A stretch of DNA of 64,000 nt from Camelus dromedarius (GCF_036321535.1 NC_087437.1:17486001-17550000); one strand, 5' to 3'. Shown: positions 36,801 to 51,140, counted from the stretch's first letter. Made by a program: numbers and translations. The notes: generated by a model not told the origin, from the sequence alone.

Positions 36801-39758
36801 ATAAAGGAATCTGCTAGTTAGAATAAGCCAACCCCAGGCTGATGGATGGGGCATAAGGAGGTCATTGCAAAAGAGAAATTGTGTGTGTGTGTCCCTGTGC
36901 GTGCGTGTGATTCACAAGAATTCCTACCCCACTCCCGTCTCCCTCTTTATTCAGCAAACTCTAATCTTTCATATTGCATTGAGACAAATGTTGCTCCAGT
37001 TCTCTCCCTCTCTCTGTTTTTCCCTGGAAGGGATATTTGATGGAACCCACTCCAGGTTTTAATAAAGTGTGGGGGCAAAGGAGAAATTAAAGCGGTGTCA
37101 TGGTTTGTTAGCAGCCCAGGATCTTCCAGGATGGGCTGAGGCTACAAATTATACTCTGGAATTAATTGGCAGAAGGTAGTTCTCCTGTCCATCATTCTTC
37201 ATCCAAAGGTGTGGGTGGAAGCGGTCGTGGGACGTCAACAGGAAAATGTGTGCTCTTCTCCATTTCCCCTTTGCTTTGGCTAAGTTACTGGTCAGATTAG
37301 GTAGCTGTTTTCTGGACCCTCACCCCGTGCTTCGATTAGGTAGGAGTTGTGCTATTTGCTGTTACCTCTTGGCTTAGCTGGGCCATCCTAGGTGTCCTCT
37401 TAAGCAGGGTGCTTTCAGTTCAGGGACCTGCTATGGGTCAACGGGGTCCAAAGCGAGGCTTCCTACAGCCATGCGAAATTGAAAGAGCATATAGCTTCCT
37501 TCTCCAAAGCTCTATAAAAACCAAAACCATTGCAGAGTTAACTCTTATAAATGCAATATAGGTATGTTAGATAGACTGCTATGTTTAGGGTAAGATTTTA
37601 AGAAACATTAAAACATAGAAAGAACCAGCTTCTGCTTACCCACCCTGGGTTCCTCCTCCTGGACTGGAAGAGATGATACGGCTCTTCCTTGACTTGTCCG
37701 GGACGTGCATTTAGACAGCGAGAGGAGTTACCCGCTCTCAGCCAGCCACTGGCTTTCCCTAAGAGCTCAGTTCCCTGCCTTGTTGTATACGGGAGAAAAT
37801 GCCTCTGTACTCTGCAGGCCTGAGTCTGTCTTTCCTGGTGCAAAAGGGAAGAATTCCTGTGTGTTGACCCCAGAAATCCTGCGGGTGAACCTTCCCCAAC
37901 TAGAAAGGAGGAATTTTCTTCTGTCTGGCTCCTTCTATTTGAACACAAAATTTGAGTTTATCACAGCTGTTGAATGAATTTAAGCTTCTCTTTATGGTAT
38001 TCATAGTCCTTCTCATTGTCTTGGAGTCTCATGTCTAACAGGACATCTGACAATAATGTATGTGAGGCTTTTAGAGACTTTAAAAACATATTCAAACAGA
38101 ACTTTATAATATTTTCTTAAAAAGGAAATATCCATCAGAGAAAACTCTTTGCTTTCTTATTTTTCATTAGATAAATTCCATCGTGTCACTGAGCAGACAT
38201 CAGCAAGGGTTCTCAAACCCTTCCTTTGTCTCCTGAACGTGTCCAGAAGGGTCCCATCAGGTTATCTTTTGGGGCCATGTCTTCCCCCAAGGCTGCGACA
38301 GGTAACAGGTGAATGCAGAGGAAACATTTAGAGGATCAAATCATCTTTGACTCAGCCCGAACTTTTTGCTGGGCTCTGCAAGCAATTTTTAAAAAAATCT
38401 CACTAACCCCTAAGGGCAGGGCCAAGGTCTCCCTATAATTTTTGTCACCTCCAATAGCCTATAGAAAAGTGCTCTGTTCACGAGCACAGTGAGGAGGGAA
38501 AGTGGAATGAGGAGTGAGGTAGAAGAAGAACAATGAGAGGAAACTAAAGAACAGGAGGGAGAAAGGTGAGAGTGAAGAGAAAGGAATGGAGAAGGGAGAA
38601 GACCAGCCCCCATAACCCCATTCTGGGGGTAGAGTTGGCCTGCCCCTCCCGGGCCTGCTGGGGAACGCCCACTGTTGCAGGACATTGGTGCTGCACCACC
38701 TACAGGCCTGGAGGTCAAACAGAGGCAGGAAATGAGCTCTACACAATCCCTCCTAAATGCTGAGGGGAGACCTCCCTCCCTTCTCTCAAGGGTACAAGAG
38801 GGTCTTTTGTTGGTTGCTGACGTAAATGGCACACTCTGCTTCTCTCAGACACATCAGTATCTGGGAGCTTTTGCTTCACAACTGGAAGAGCATAGAGGAT
38901 TTTTTTGGTAGCAGGAGAGGGTAAGAAAGAAGAGGAGGAAGCTGGGGGGGTGGTGGTGGTATGGTGTCTGCTGACTGTTCCGCTCAGTGGACTAGGCACA
39001 AGGCCCTGTGGAGGACCTGGAGGACACAGAGGTCCCTGCTGGCACTCAGGTTTCTCCTGGACGCCCAGGCCTGGAGTTGGGGGTGGGTGTTCTAGGAGTT
39101 GATAGGGCCACTTGGCTGCTTTGAGACCTGGTAATGAGGTAAGGCATAGAGCTGGGGAGACCACTTCCTCATTTCTGCATGCGGTCTGGCGCTGTCAGGA
39201 CACCTGAGGATGGTGGCTTTGGGGGCCCCCTTCCCAGTGCCTGTGATTCAGATGGAGGCATCCCTTATGGGCTGGCAGAGGTGAGGCTCCCGCTAGCAGC
39301 TTTGAGGGCAGGGGATACAGACAAATAAGATGTGGAGTCCAAAGGAGGGAAGGGCTATGCTTGGTGCAGCTGCATAGATCAGCTGTGAGTGCATGGCAGG
39401 CTCCCCTTTGTGGACTTCCAGAAATGACTGGGCATGCGCTAGGTCTGTCTGGGGGCCCTGGGGTCCTGATGTTTCATAAGGGGGGTTATGGAGCTCATCA
39501 GAGGTCAGAGTTGACTTTCTGAGCTCTAAGTTTCTAATTCGGGCCCTCTTCCCAAATGACAGAGAAAAAGAAAGAAAGGAAAAGAAGAGAACAGAGAAGG
39601 CTGCAGCTGTAGGGAACAGGCCACTTGTCAAAGTATCGGTCCCCTTTTAAGGAGGCGTCTTTCAGGGCTGCTGCGGGCACTGCCTTTCTCTGCTCTTCCA
39701 GAGGGCAGGCGGTCACACTTTATACCCCAGTCTTGCCTCTGGATTGCAAGCCTCCTCC

Positions 39759-40454
39759 TTTTTCTTTTCTTTTTTTTTTTTAATTGAAACATAATTGGTT
39801 TACAATGTTGTGTTTCTGTTGTGCATCATAGTGGTTCAGTTATACATATATATATAAAAATAAATATATATATATTCGTTTTCATATTCTTTTTCATTAT
39901 AGGCTATTATAAGCTATTGAATATAATTCCTTGTGAATACAGTAGTTAGTATCTGCAGATCCCACCCTCCCAATTTATCCCTGCACCCACCCCTTTCCTC
40001 CTTGGTAACCATAAGTTTGTTCTCTATGTCTGTAAGTCTGTTTCTGTTTTGTGAATAAGTTCATTTGTGTCATTTTTTAAGATTCCACATATGAGTGATA
40101 TCATATGGTATTTTTCTTTCTCTTTCCGGTTTACTTCACTTTGACAATCTCCGGGTCCATCCATGCAAATGGCATTATTTTATTCTTTTTTATGGCCGAG
40201 TAGTATTCCGTTGTATAAATATACCACAACTTCTTTATCTGGTCATCTGTTGATGGACATTTAGACATTTAGGTTGCTTCCATGTCTTGGCTGTTGTAAA
40301 TAGTGCTGCTATGAACATTGAGGTTCATGTATCTTTTTGAATTAGAGTTCCCTCCAGATACATGCCCAGGAGTGGGATTGCTGGATCATAGGGTATGTCT
40401 ATTTTTAGTTTTTAAAAGAATCTCCATACTGTTTTCCATAATGGCTGTACCAAA
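39759..40454 (-). mobile_element. 5'-truncated L1 3' end
   Basis: Poly-T head, aattgaaacataattggtttacaatg, cccaggagtgggattgctggatcat. Confidence 0.9.
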
Positions 40455-42264
40455 GGGGAAACTCCTTCTTAAAAGTCCCTTCCCCTTATGCTCTTGGAAC
40501 ATTAAAAACCTCAAACAAAGCTCTTTAGAGGTCAGGTGGGCCTCATTTTATGCTCTATGGATATTTCTTCCTGCTCCTCTTCATTTCCCTGCCTTCCATG
40601 AGTTTTGTCAACTTTAGACATGGGCAGAGCAAGCCAATGAGAAATAGAGAAACCTTTGGGTAAACTTTGTGCAAGTTATGAAAAAAGAGCCCTTTCCTTG
40701 GGAGAACAGCCCACGCAGGGTGCAGAGTGCATTGAGTGAAGCACAGGCTGAATTTGAGCCCCCACTCACCCCCTGGTCCATGTGCCCCATAAAGAACAAA
40801 CTAGAAAGGGTGCCAGCATCTTCCGTCTTCACACTTGCCAGGGGCACTACCATCGCCACGTGATCACATGCTTCACTTTCAATAGCATTTTATTATTGTC
40901 TTCTTTGAGTTTCGTTAACTTCTACCAAAGCTTATCTTTGTGTTCTCCTTAATTATGGATGCACTTTTAAAGCGTTGCTTTCTAAGGGCATGAATTTGTG
41001 CCTATGTTAGCCATGTGGCCAGTCTGGTTTTAACTGAGAAAGCAAAATCAGTTCAGTTATTGCAATGGAAGGAATTTAATGGGGGGGGGAAATCATTCAA
41101 GCAGATGGTAGAGTTGCTGAGAACACAAACAGTGGATGGATAAAGCAACCCAGAAATTAGCCATGGCAGGACGCTGCTCCCACCTGAGGCGGGAGAGAGA
41201 TGCCAGGAGGTCATGTTACCAGGGACCCGCAGTTTACAACAGTGAGGCTGCAGGTATAAGGCTCAAAAGCCAACAAGCCAAAGGTGGGAGCGTGGAAAGA
41301 CAGACACTCTTGGTTCTTCCATGGCACCATTAGGGTGTCAGACCAACCCTAGGATCACCCTTCTCCCATTTTCTTGTTAGCAAATAATAAATGCCTGTAT
41401 TTGTTTGAATCTGTTAGATTTTCTGTTCCTTCTAGCTGAATACATCTGATGTAATACGCATCCAATTCTAAGCAATCCATGTCTATGAATAATGGCATCA
41501 CATTAACTAACTGCATTTACATTCAAAGAACCATTTGAGGCAATCGCTGGCTGGCCTGTGGAGGCTGCAGTGACCTCCAGGCCTGGCCTGTGGGTGCAGA
41601 TGGTGCTCCAGGCCCTCAGGGGCTGACTGGCGGTGCTGGTCAGTGATGAGAGGCAGAGCTGGGGGAGAAGCACACTGGCATTCAGTTGCAGGGTCTCTCC
41701 CGGATGCCACCCCTCTGCAGTTCATTCAGTGAGCCCAGCCTCTGCGTGCCTGCCAAGGGTCCTGGAGAAAATAAATTCTAATTTTCTTCTGACCAGGGAG
41801 GATGCAGGGCTTCTTGATTGGCTCACACAATATAAACACATAATTACAGTATTTATCTTGGAAGCTCCCCTGAGCCTGGAACTCAACAGTGCACTCTAAG
41901 ATCTCCTTTCCTTTCTCTTGGGTTCTGTGATCTCAGGGCAGTGAGTTAATTAAAAAAAGATTCCTTGAGGCAAGTCCTCATTTTCTGTCCCTTTACTGTT
42001 GATTTTCAGTCTAAGATTGGTTTTGCTTGTTTCTGGTGAGTGGCAGTGGGAAGGTATGCCTTGCAGCTAATGTAGTACCAATGTTTGTTATCAGAATTGT
42101 CCAACACTGGGTTAACTTTGCCCACCTGGTGTGCTTAATTTTGTGGTACACGGGCTAGGCTCAAGTACTCCACAAGCTGGTGGAAACTGGTCTCATAATA
42201 AGCAGAGAGTAAACACTGTTGGACAGGTTTTGCCTTTTCTTTCACTTTTTGTGTGTTACAAAGC

Positions 42265-42391
42265 TTTTTTTTTTTGGAGGGGGAGGTAATTAGGTTTTTT
42301 AAAATCTATTTTTAGAGGAGGTATTAGGAATTGAACCCAGGATCTTGTGCATGCTAAGCACACACTCTACTACTTGAGCTATACCCTCCCC
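42265..42391 (-). mobile_element. tRNA-derived SINE (Vic-1-like)
   Basis: Reverse complement reads ggggagggtatagctcaagtagtagag...ggttcaattcc. TSD aaagctttt. Confidence 0.85.
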
Positions 42392-42573
42392 TCTTAAAGC
42401 TTTTAATATTTTGTGTTACAACCATTTTGCAACCGCTTTTACATCTTCCTGTTACAGGGCACAAAAGTTCTGAAGTTGATATAGTTCATCATCATCATCA
42501 CCATAACAAAGTGCATATAGGGCTTACTATACACCAGGCACTGATCTGAGAACTATAAAACCTAACTCATTTT

Positions 42574-43330
42574 GAAAAGGGAACCCTCCTACACTGTTAG
42601 TGGGAATGTAGTTTGGTTCAGCCAATATGGAAAACAGTATGCAGATTCTTTAAAAACTAAAAATAGACTCACCCTATGATCCAGCAATCCCACTCTTAGG
42701 CATATATCCAGTGGAAACTCAATTCCAAAAGATACATGCACCCCAGTGTTCACAGCAGCACTATTAACAATAGCCAAGATAGGGGAAGCCACCTGAATGT
42801 CCATTGACAGAAGACTGGATAAAGAAGTTGTGGTATATATATAGACTGGAATACTACTCAGCCATAAAAAATAAAATAATGCCATTTGCAGCAACACGGA
42901 TGGACCTGGAGATCATCATTCTAAATGAAGTAAGACAGAAAGAGAAAGAAAAATACCATATAATACTGCTTTTATGTGGAATCTAAAGAAATGACACAAA
43001 TGAAGTTATTTACAAAACAGAAACAGACTCACAGACATAGAAAACAGACTTATGGTTACCAAGGAGGAAAGGGGTGGGTGGAGGGATACACTGGGAGTTT
43101 GGGATTTGCAGATACTAACTACTATATATAACATAGATAAACAACAAGTTTCTACTGTGTAGCACAGGGAACTGTAATAATTATTTTGTAATAAGCTATA
43201 ATGAAAAAGAATATGGAAAGGATTATATGTATGTATATGTATGACTGAAACATTATGCTGTACACCAGAAATTGACACAACATTGTAAACTGACTGTACT
43301 TCAATAAAAATAAAAATAAAAAAAAAAAAA
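42574..43330 (+). mobile_element. 5'-truncated L1 3' end with poly(A), inserted in a MIR
   Basis: ORF2 C-terminal remnant (DWIKKLWYIY..EYYSAIK..IMPFAAT.MDLE), AATAAA and an A tail. Imperfect TSD aaaacctaactc/aaaatcctaactc. Confidence 0.9.
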
Positions 43331-43378
43331 CCCAAAATCCTAACTCGCTTTAATGATCATGACAACCTCAAAGGTAAG

Positions 43379-43712
43379 TGTTAGGGGTCGGATCGTGTCC
43401 TCAGTCCTATCCCAGTATCTCAGAATGTGTCGTTATTTGGAGATAGGGTCTTTATGGAGATAAACAAGTTAATTGAGGTCATTAGGTTGGGTGCTGTATG
43501 ACTGGTGTCCGACAAAAAGGAAAAATCTGGACACACAAATACGCATACAAGGAAGACTATGTGAAGACAGGGGAATGACCATCTACAAGCCAAAGAGAGA
43601 AGCCTCAAAAGGAACCAGCCATACCAACACCTTGATTTCAGACTTCCAGCCTCCAGAACTATGAGACAATAAGTTTCTGTTGTTTGAGCCACTGCATTTG
43701 TGGTACGTTGTT
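43379..43712 (+). mobile_element. MLT1B-like MaLR LTR
   Basis: ctcagaatgtgtcgttatttggagatagggtctt ... gacttccagcctccagaactatgagacaataagtttctgttg. Confidence 0.85.
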
Positions 43713-43782
43713 CTGGGTCCAGGACCCCCGACAGATACCAACATCTGCTGGGTGCTCAAGTTACTTGTATAAAATGGGGTAG
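43713..43782 (+). mobile_element. MER2 (Tigger family) fragment
   Basis: ccaggacccccgacagataccaacatc...tgctcaagttacttgtataaaatggggtag resembles the MER2 5' part. Confidence 0.6.
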
Positions 43783-44499
43783 TGCTGTTCGTTATGAGAG
43801 CTTGCTGTAGTAAGTATACTGTTATTACTTAAGATGGTATTATTGTCCCCATTTTCAGATGAGAAATGGAATCACCTAAATTTACAAAACTAAGTGCATT
43901 CCAAGCCCTTTGGGGGGAAGTCGGGGTGGTTGCAGCTCCCCAGCACCCAAATAGGCTGGAAGTGGTTAAATGGACGGGTGTCTTTGGTCCTGGTGGTGTG
44001 GGTTTCATTTCCCGCAGGATTTCCCTCTTCCCCAAGTCTTCCATTTACGTGTCAGTGGGTTTTGTGTGGAAGTGGAGCTGACGTTTGCTTAAATGAGAAA
44101 CGAGGCTATGTTTATGAACATTTCACAGGGGCCCAGGACCCAGCTGTTTGCCAGACTGTCCGAAGGATGTGGGCTCTGCTGATGGTGGAGACGTTCCCAG
44201 TAGGCAAGCGTGTGTGCCTGTGTGCACATAACTGCCACTTCTTGTATGTACACATATTAGTACGTACACATTCCTCCCCTCATCATGTTTATTAACAGAA
44301 ACACACACATATATCTGGACTGACTTGTCCCCCAGTATAAGCACCTTCTCATTCTCAAGCACCACACCAGCGCTTGTTCTCACACTCTCTTGCACGTGAT
44401 TGTGCACGTGCATGTGCACACTCCTGGGAACACACACGTGGTGAAGCGGGCTCAGACCAGCGGCCTTGCATCTCATCCGAGTGGGTGACAAGCTAGGGT

Positions 44500-44960
44500 T
44501 ATGTCTTAGGTCTGGTTGCCCAGAAGCAGATCCTGAGACAAGAAAGAGTCTATGAGTGATTATTGAGGGGCGTGCTCAGAGGAGATCAGTAAGGGCAAGC
44601 AGGATGGGGAGGAGGACGCTAGATAAAGTGATTGTACGTGAAATTGCAGCCCGATCCTTGGCAGTGCCCTGTCTGGAGCACAGATCACCCCTCACTGTGT
44701 TTCAGGAGTTGAGGGAACTGGCTCTCATCCTGCACCAGCCAGTCACACATTGGCTTCAGGCATCAGGGGCAGGGGGCGGGGTATAAACTACCAGGCACTT
44801 CTGTCTATCACTGTGTCTGGGTAAAGGCTCCAGCAGCCCGGGGGTCATCCCTTAAGACTGCAGGGTGAGAGCTCTTAGAAGCAAAGCACACTGGGAAGGA
44901 AGCTGGGGATGGCACCCAGCACTGGTAAACGGGATCTCAAGGGTTCTAGGCAGGGTACAG
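44500..44960. mobile_element. Ancient ERVL-type LTR (LTR33/LTR41-like)
   Basis: Terminal motif tgtcttaggtctggttgcccagaagcagatcctgagacaag. Confidence 0.5.
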
Positions 44961-46959
44961 TGTGAGTGTGTGTGCGCGCGTGTGTGTGTAAGGGAGTGTG
45001 GGAGCTCTGGGTGTGGGGAGATTTCTTTCAAGGAGCAGAAGGATGATTCAGGGGTCTAGGGAGGGGTAGAATTTGTGGGTCCTGGTCCTGGCCCAAGGGG
45101 GCCAACTGAGCAGAGGTTGAAACAGGTGGCTCAGTAAGGTAGCCCACTGGGCAGAGGCTATTTGCCCCTCCAAGGGTCTTCATCCATCTTGGCCGGGATG
45201 TAAGGAAGATCAAGTTCAGCCTTGGTGCCAGCTGCAATTCTGCGCACCTAGGCAAGAGGTGGATTGCAGGGAAGATCTCCCACATCGTCTGTGGGGAGAC
45301 ATGAATGGAAGTCCCGAGGAGTATTCCTGGGCCCTTCCCATGCTTAGCAGCTCCTAGGCGGCTGCTGCAGAGATCTGGTTCTGCTGGTGCATCCAGTGTG
45401 ATGGGGGGAGGGGTTGTCTCTGTTGCTTATCAGCCCCTTTGGCCGACTGGATGTCAGTTTCTATGTACAGGATGGGGGATGAGGGGGCAAAACCTCACAT
45501 TTTCTTAGCATCCTTCTAGTAGGTAATACATTTTCTTATTTGCAAGTGAGGAAACTGAGTCAGGAGAGGTAAAGTGAGTTGCCCTAGGTCATATGCGGTG
45601 GAACTGGGGTTCAAACTCACACCTGTGCTCCTAGCAGCTAGATTGTTCCAGGGCCTGGGCTGCCGGGATAGAGGCAGTGATGGCAGCAGGGGCTGGGCTC
45701 CAGAGTGTGGGATTCCAACTGGCCAGGCACCTGCCAGCCCAGCCCAGTCCTCTTTGCTCAGTGAGAGGACCACCTCCCTGATGTTAGTCCTGGCAGAGGT
45801 TGGTCTGGCAACATACTGGGAATAAACACTGGAGATAGAGAAAGTGGAAATCTCTCTCATAAACAAGCCATCATTTTCAGGGACTGAAGTTAAAATTCGT
45901 ATTTTAAAATTTATTTGCAAGGGCACAGTCTTGCTAAAATATAAACCAAATTTTCATTAGTGAACAGAATACTTAGCATCGGAAGCCCTGACTGGTTCAG
46001 GGCTATCCGAAGAAAAAGAGGTAAGAATTTACTTTATCTCTGTCTGCACGACTAAAAAGGTCACCCTAGAGTTCCTTCCAAAAGACAAGAAAGACCAGCC
46101 CGAGGACAAATTCCAGTTTAAACTCTGGTATGCAAAACTCAATTGGGGACCAAAATGACAGTCTCCCAGCTTCCAAAATTAAACCTCACCTGTAGCAATG
46201 GGAAGAAGATGCTGGCAACTTTAAACTATTAATTTTCTCTGCTACAAGTTGTTTACTTGACAGCTGGTGCCCCACTTTTGAGCAGGATTGCTGATGGCCC
46301 TTAAATAAATATTTGGCAATTTGGTTAAAAACTGGCACTTCTAAACCTGCCTTTGGCCTTAACATGCCAGTGTTTGAAAGCTGATTCCTCAAATTATGGG
46401 AGATGGAGGATGGAGACTTCACCTCCTGGGTACCAGAACTGATGATGAAGGGTAGCCATGCTCCAAGCTTCTGGACATCAGTTGGGAGTCAGGGTGTGAA
46501 TTTGGAAATTTGTATACATAAAAGAAAATATCTTACTAAATTTCTATGCAGTTTAAACATTTTTTTCCCACTTAGACTTTTTGTTTTCAGATAATTATAG
46601 ATGTACATGCCGTTGTAAGAAAGAATATAGGAAGACATGCATTAAACTTCGTGCTTGTGTGTATGTGCGTTTCCCTCATCTCATGATGTTTATGAACAAA
46701 CACCCTTCTACGTGCTCTTTCTAGTTAATAAGGAATCCTGCAGGAGGGAGATGCATATGGTTGTGTAGCATCCTGAACTCTGAGCTGGTCTGTACCAGCC
46801 CACCATGCCCAGAACTAAATGGCTGAGCATTAACATCCTCCGTTCACGTTATAAGGGAAGAATTAAGTCACATCTGTCGGAAGTCCAGGCAGTAATGAAA
46901 TTTACCTCAGGTTTGCACCTTGCAAATGACCATGAAACAAGCCATAAAAAAATCATAAG

Positions 46960-47790
46960 AGGATGAAATACCATATTTATTTCTACAATGGAAGAGAAAT
47001 ATATTTGTGATATTTAAGGCAATAGAAGATATCATCAGAAACAAGGTGAAGCTAATCAATTATAAAATAATTTCAACTTTTGGTAGAGAAAAAAATACTC
47101 AATGAAATGAAAAAAATTAGAAAATTATTTTAATTATTATGAATCAGGCTTAATGTCCAAAACAGATACAGAATCATGCAAATTTATGGTTAAGACTTGC
47201 ACTGTACTTGAGGATTTATCAAAAGATATGAAGATGTTGTTTACATATAAAGAATGACAGGTAACATTTTTCATTAATATCTCATTTACAATTTATAATA
47301 TCACCACATCATCACAGTGGATAGATTTGCTCTATCAAAATGTCTTGTTTTTGTTTTGTTTTTTTTACAGATAGTAAATTCTCATAAAAAATGTTTAGCC
47401 TGAGTAATAATGAAAGAAATACAGATTTGAATGGATAAGGAATGCCAACATTAAATTAATAAAAATAAATAAGATTGATAAAACCCGCTATGTTAGGTTC
47501 TGCTTGGAAAACCCACACACATTACTGGCCACTCTGTCATGTGGTCCTCTTTTTCTGAAGTGCAAGCGGGCAATTTATAATAAGAACTAGGAAGCATTCA
47601 TACCTTTTGACTTGGTAATCCCACTTTTGGGAAAATCCTAAGGTAATCATCCAAATGGAAAAAAGCCTTTATACGAAGATATTTATGGCAGCATGTTCAT
47701 GATAGGGGAAAATAGAAAGTGACCCAAATGCCCAGTGAGTGGGACTGGTTAGGAGAACCACGGTGTATCAGAATTCTCGGTGACCACTAC
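46960..47790 (+). mobile_element. Old L1ME-type fragment
   Basis: A-rich, with ttttgacttggtaatcccacttttggg ... gacccaaatgcccagt, typical of the L1 ORF2 3' end. Confidence 0.55.
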
Positions 47791-50600
47791 AACTGAAAAG
47801 GATGTGAGCTGTGAAAATGTGCGCCCATCAGTGCTAAGTGCAAGCCAAGCAGAGTGCAGAGCAGACGAGCCGCTCTCACAGATTCGCAGAAATGATGTCT
47901 GCGCTCTGACTGCGGAGAAAATGCAGGTAGATGTAAATAGCCAGGAGTTTTAAATTCATGGGATCTTTTCCCTATACAAGTGTTTATTTCAATATTTGTC
48001 AAATATCTACTATTGGACAGAACAGAGATGGTATTTCGCTAGATGTATAATCCATGTAGTAAATTCTTTTCTCACGTGGAAGGTGTTACTAGCTTCCTTT
48101 GGAGAGCTGACCTCACTGTTTCTGTTCTGTTACTATGACTGTAGTTGGTGGATCACCTGGGCCGGCTGCCTGCCCAGGAAGCCATTCTGAGGATGCTGCA
48201 AGTCTCTGTGGATGGCCTGGAAGAAGTGGAGGCTCCCTTCCCCTCCCTGTTCCAGATATAGTCTTCTGACTTTTCTGTCGAGGTAATACATCCTCTGAAC
48301 CTCGAGAAAGAAATTAAGTAATGCTTGCCCACCCCAGGGTTTAATGAAGGGACCTAAAAAATAGAGTGAGGGCAGCGCTGCTTGGGTGAGGATCTGACCT
48401 TACGTTTGTAGTCTAGCAATCTTTTGCCTTGTGTGTGCCTTATAAGGCATTATTCTTAGGTAATTTGATGGTAAATTCTAGAAAATCCTGCCTCAGTTCA
48501 CTCAAAAAACATGAAAAAAAAAAAAAAAAGATTGTCCCTTACAACAAGAAGCCCTTGGGTAGGGCAGCTCCAGGCTGGTTAATTCCATGGCTCCAAGTTC
48601 TTTCCATTTTTCCATTCTGCCAGTTTCAGGATGTCAGCTTGTCTTCTGCCAGCTCTGATCGTGGTTCCAGCCAGGTGCTGTGGCTCTAGTCCACAGATAC
48701 AACACTTAGTATCAAAACTGCCTTTTTCTCTCTCCTTTGAAGAACAAAGAAACCTTTACCAAAATCTGCCTCCTGTCCCCGTCCTCCCCGTCCCCAGCCT
48801 TTCCTTCACTTCTTATTGGCCAGAATTGCATTCCATGTCCTGATTAAATCAATCACTGTCGAGGGGAATGAGGCCGCAGTGATTTGCTAAGGTTAGACCT
48901 AGCAGGACTCATCCCTGTAGCTGGGGATTGGGTTCCACTCCCCTCACACTTTCTGGCTCCCAAGGACCTCCCCTCCTGGTCTTTCTGGCTAGAAAGCTGC
49001 ATCCTTAGCTTCCCTACTCTGCCACCCACTTCCTTCAACTGTGTCTGCATCCAGAGTCACGAGATGAGTGACTATGTAGAGAAAATACGGCAATGTGGAT
49101 TCTCCCCACGCTATGGAGACCCGTTTCCAGGTCAGAGAGAAGGGTTCCCCTCCTGGAGTTTTAGGAGCCCACCTGGATCCTGCAGGTATTGCCAAGGGGG
49201 CCAGGCAGTGAGAGAATGGAAGAACAATTAACCAACCCAGGGGATTTCTGACACTCTCTCAGACCTGTGGGGACTTTCTTTCCAATGCCTCAGATCGGAA
49301 ACAGATGGCTCTACTTGGGGTTCTTTCTGTCCTCATCTGGTGGACAGTTCCAGGTTTCTGAATGAGTTTGAATCTAGGCTCAGAGACTCTGAAGAATAAA
49401 ACCTGACAACTCACCGTTTTGGGTGGTGCTTTGAGTTCTGGTCTCCTTTCCCAATCTGCTTGTCGCCATGACAGTTGTGAATAGCATGTACATGATCATG
49501 ATAATGTAAACATTGAACGTATTGAATTTAACTAAATTCTTTTGGGAGAGTGGGGGTAATAAGAAGGTGTGCAATGTGGAGTTGGAGACAGTGGCAAAAA
49601 AGTCTCACCTTCCATACCGGGAAGCCAGTGGATAGTGCAACTGGAAAATCAAGAAGTAGCCGTATCAGCATGCTACTTAATGATAGGTAGGAAGCAACAC
49701 AGAACAATCTTCTAAAAGTTGAAAGTATTTTCCACTGAGTGGTGAGAAATGGGGGTGGGGAGGGGCGGTGTGTGCAACTGCTATTTTTCATCCAAGTCTT
49801 ATAAAACGATTTGACTCTTGAAATTGTGTGCATATGAAACTTTTATTAAAAATAAAAGAGTAAATTAAAAAAGGAGGAAATCCCTACAGGCAGAGATGAC
49901 AGAGATGTGGGAAATTATGAGGAATAGGAGTCTGATTCAGATACATTTCAGATAGTTTTTGGCCTCCCCACCCCCAATCAGGCCCCAGTAGATAACAGTG
50001 CCAGTGGGGAGCCTTTGATCTATAGACTTTGGAAAAAAAGAATCTTAGAAAGTTGAAAACTTAAAAGCATGGAACCATGAAAGGTTGGAATCCAATACTT
50101 CATAGAATCTCATTTTAATTCATAAACTAAAACTCAACTCAGCTGTCACTTCCTCCAGGAAGCCTTCACTGACCCCATCCCCCATGCCCTGGATCACTGC
50201 CTTCCCTGCGCTCCCAGCACTCATCAGCCAGTAGAATCAGGCTGGTTACTAGCATCCCTTTTCCACTGATGGCAGAACATGTCTCCTTCATCATTTCCAG
50301 TTAAATGCAGTCATTTCCACTTGGAACGCAATTGTTCAGGGTTCCCGCCCCAGCTCCCTCCCTTTCCCTGGGGTGGCATCCAGTCCAGGGAGTTGGAGAA
50401 GCCTCAGCTTCGTGGAGAGCTCCTGGGGAGGCTCTGCCAGGTCCTATTTGCCCGGATATGCCCTGCCAGCATTTTACCCCATCGTGTCTTCACCGTACTG
50501 GGTGAAGTGCGGCTGTGAAACTCGCAGGGACCTCACTTACCTGCCGGACCTTACCCGGGAAGGATGCGCATCCTTTTTCCCCCAGATCCCAGAACTAACC

Positions 50601-51140
50601 TGTACCAGTTTTCTGCTGCTGCACAACAGTATTACCGCAAACATAGAGACTTAAAACAAGACACGTGTATTATCTCGTGGTTTCTGTGGGGCAGGAGTCT
50701 GGCTTGGCTGGGCCCTTTGAAAGGCGGCAGTCAAGATAACTGCCAGGGCTGAGTTCTTCCCTGAGGCTCAGTCAGGGAGTTACCTGCTCCAGGCTCACAG
50801 GGTGGTTGGCAGGCTCCTGGCTACCGAGGGCCCCAGTTTCTCGCTGGCTGTTGGTTGGAGGATGCTGTCAGCTCTTTGTCATGTGGTCCTTACCATGGGG
50901 AAGCTCACAGCACTGCCCTTGGCTTTTCACAGTCAGCAAGGGAGGATGTCTCCTTGTACGACAGGCACTAACATCGTGTGTCAGGTAAGCATGTGCACAT
51001 AATCACGTACATCCTGTGGCCATTACCATGTTCTGTTGGTTGGAAGCAAGTCACAGGTACTGCCCACACTCAAGGGCCTCCCCTTCTTCAAGGGCATGAG
51101 TACCACGAGGTGGCCATCACTCAGTCTGCTCACTGTGGGT
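50601..51140 (-). mobile_element. MLT1-family MaLR LTR (F/G/H-like)
   Basis: tgtaccagttttctgctgctgcacaacagtattacc...ttaaaacaagacac...gaagcaagtcacaggt. Confidence 0.7.
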
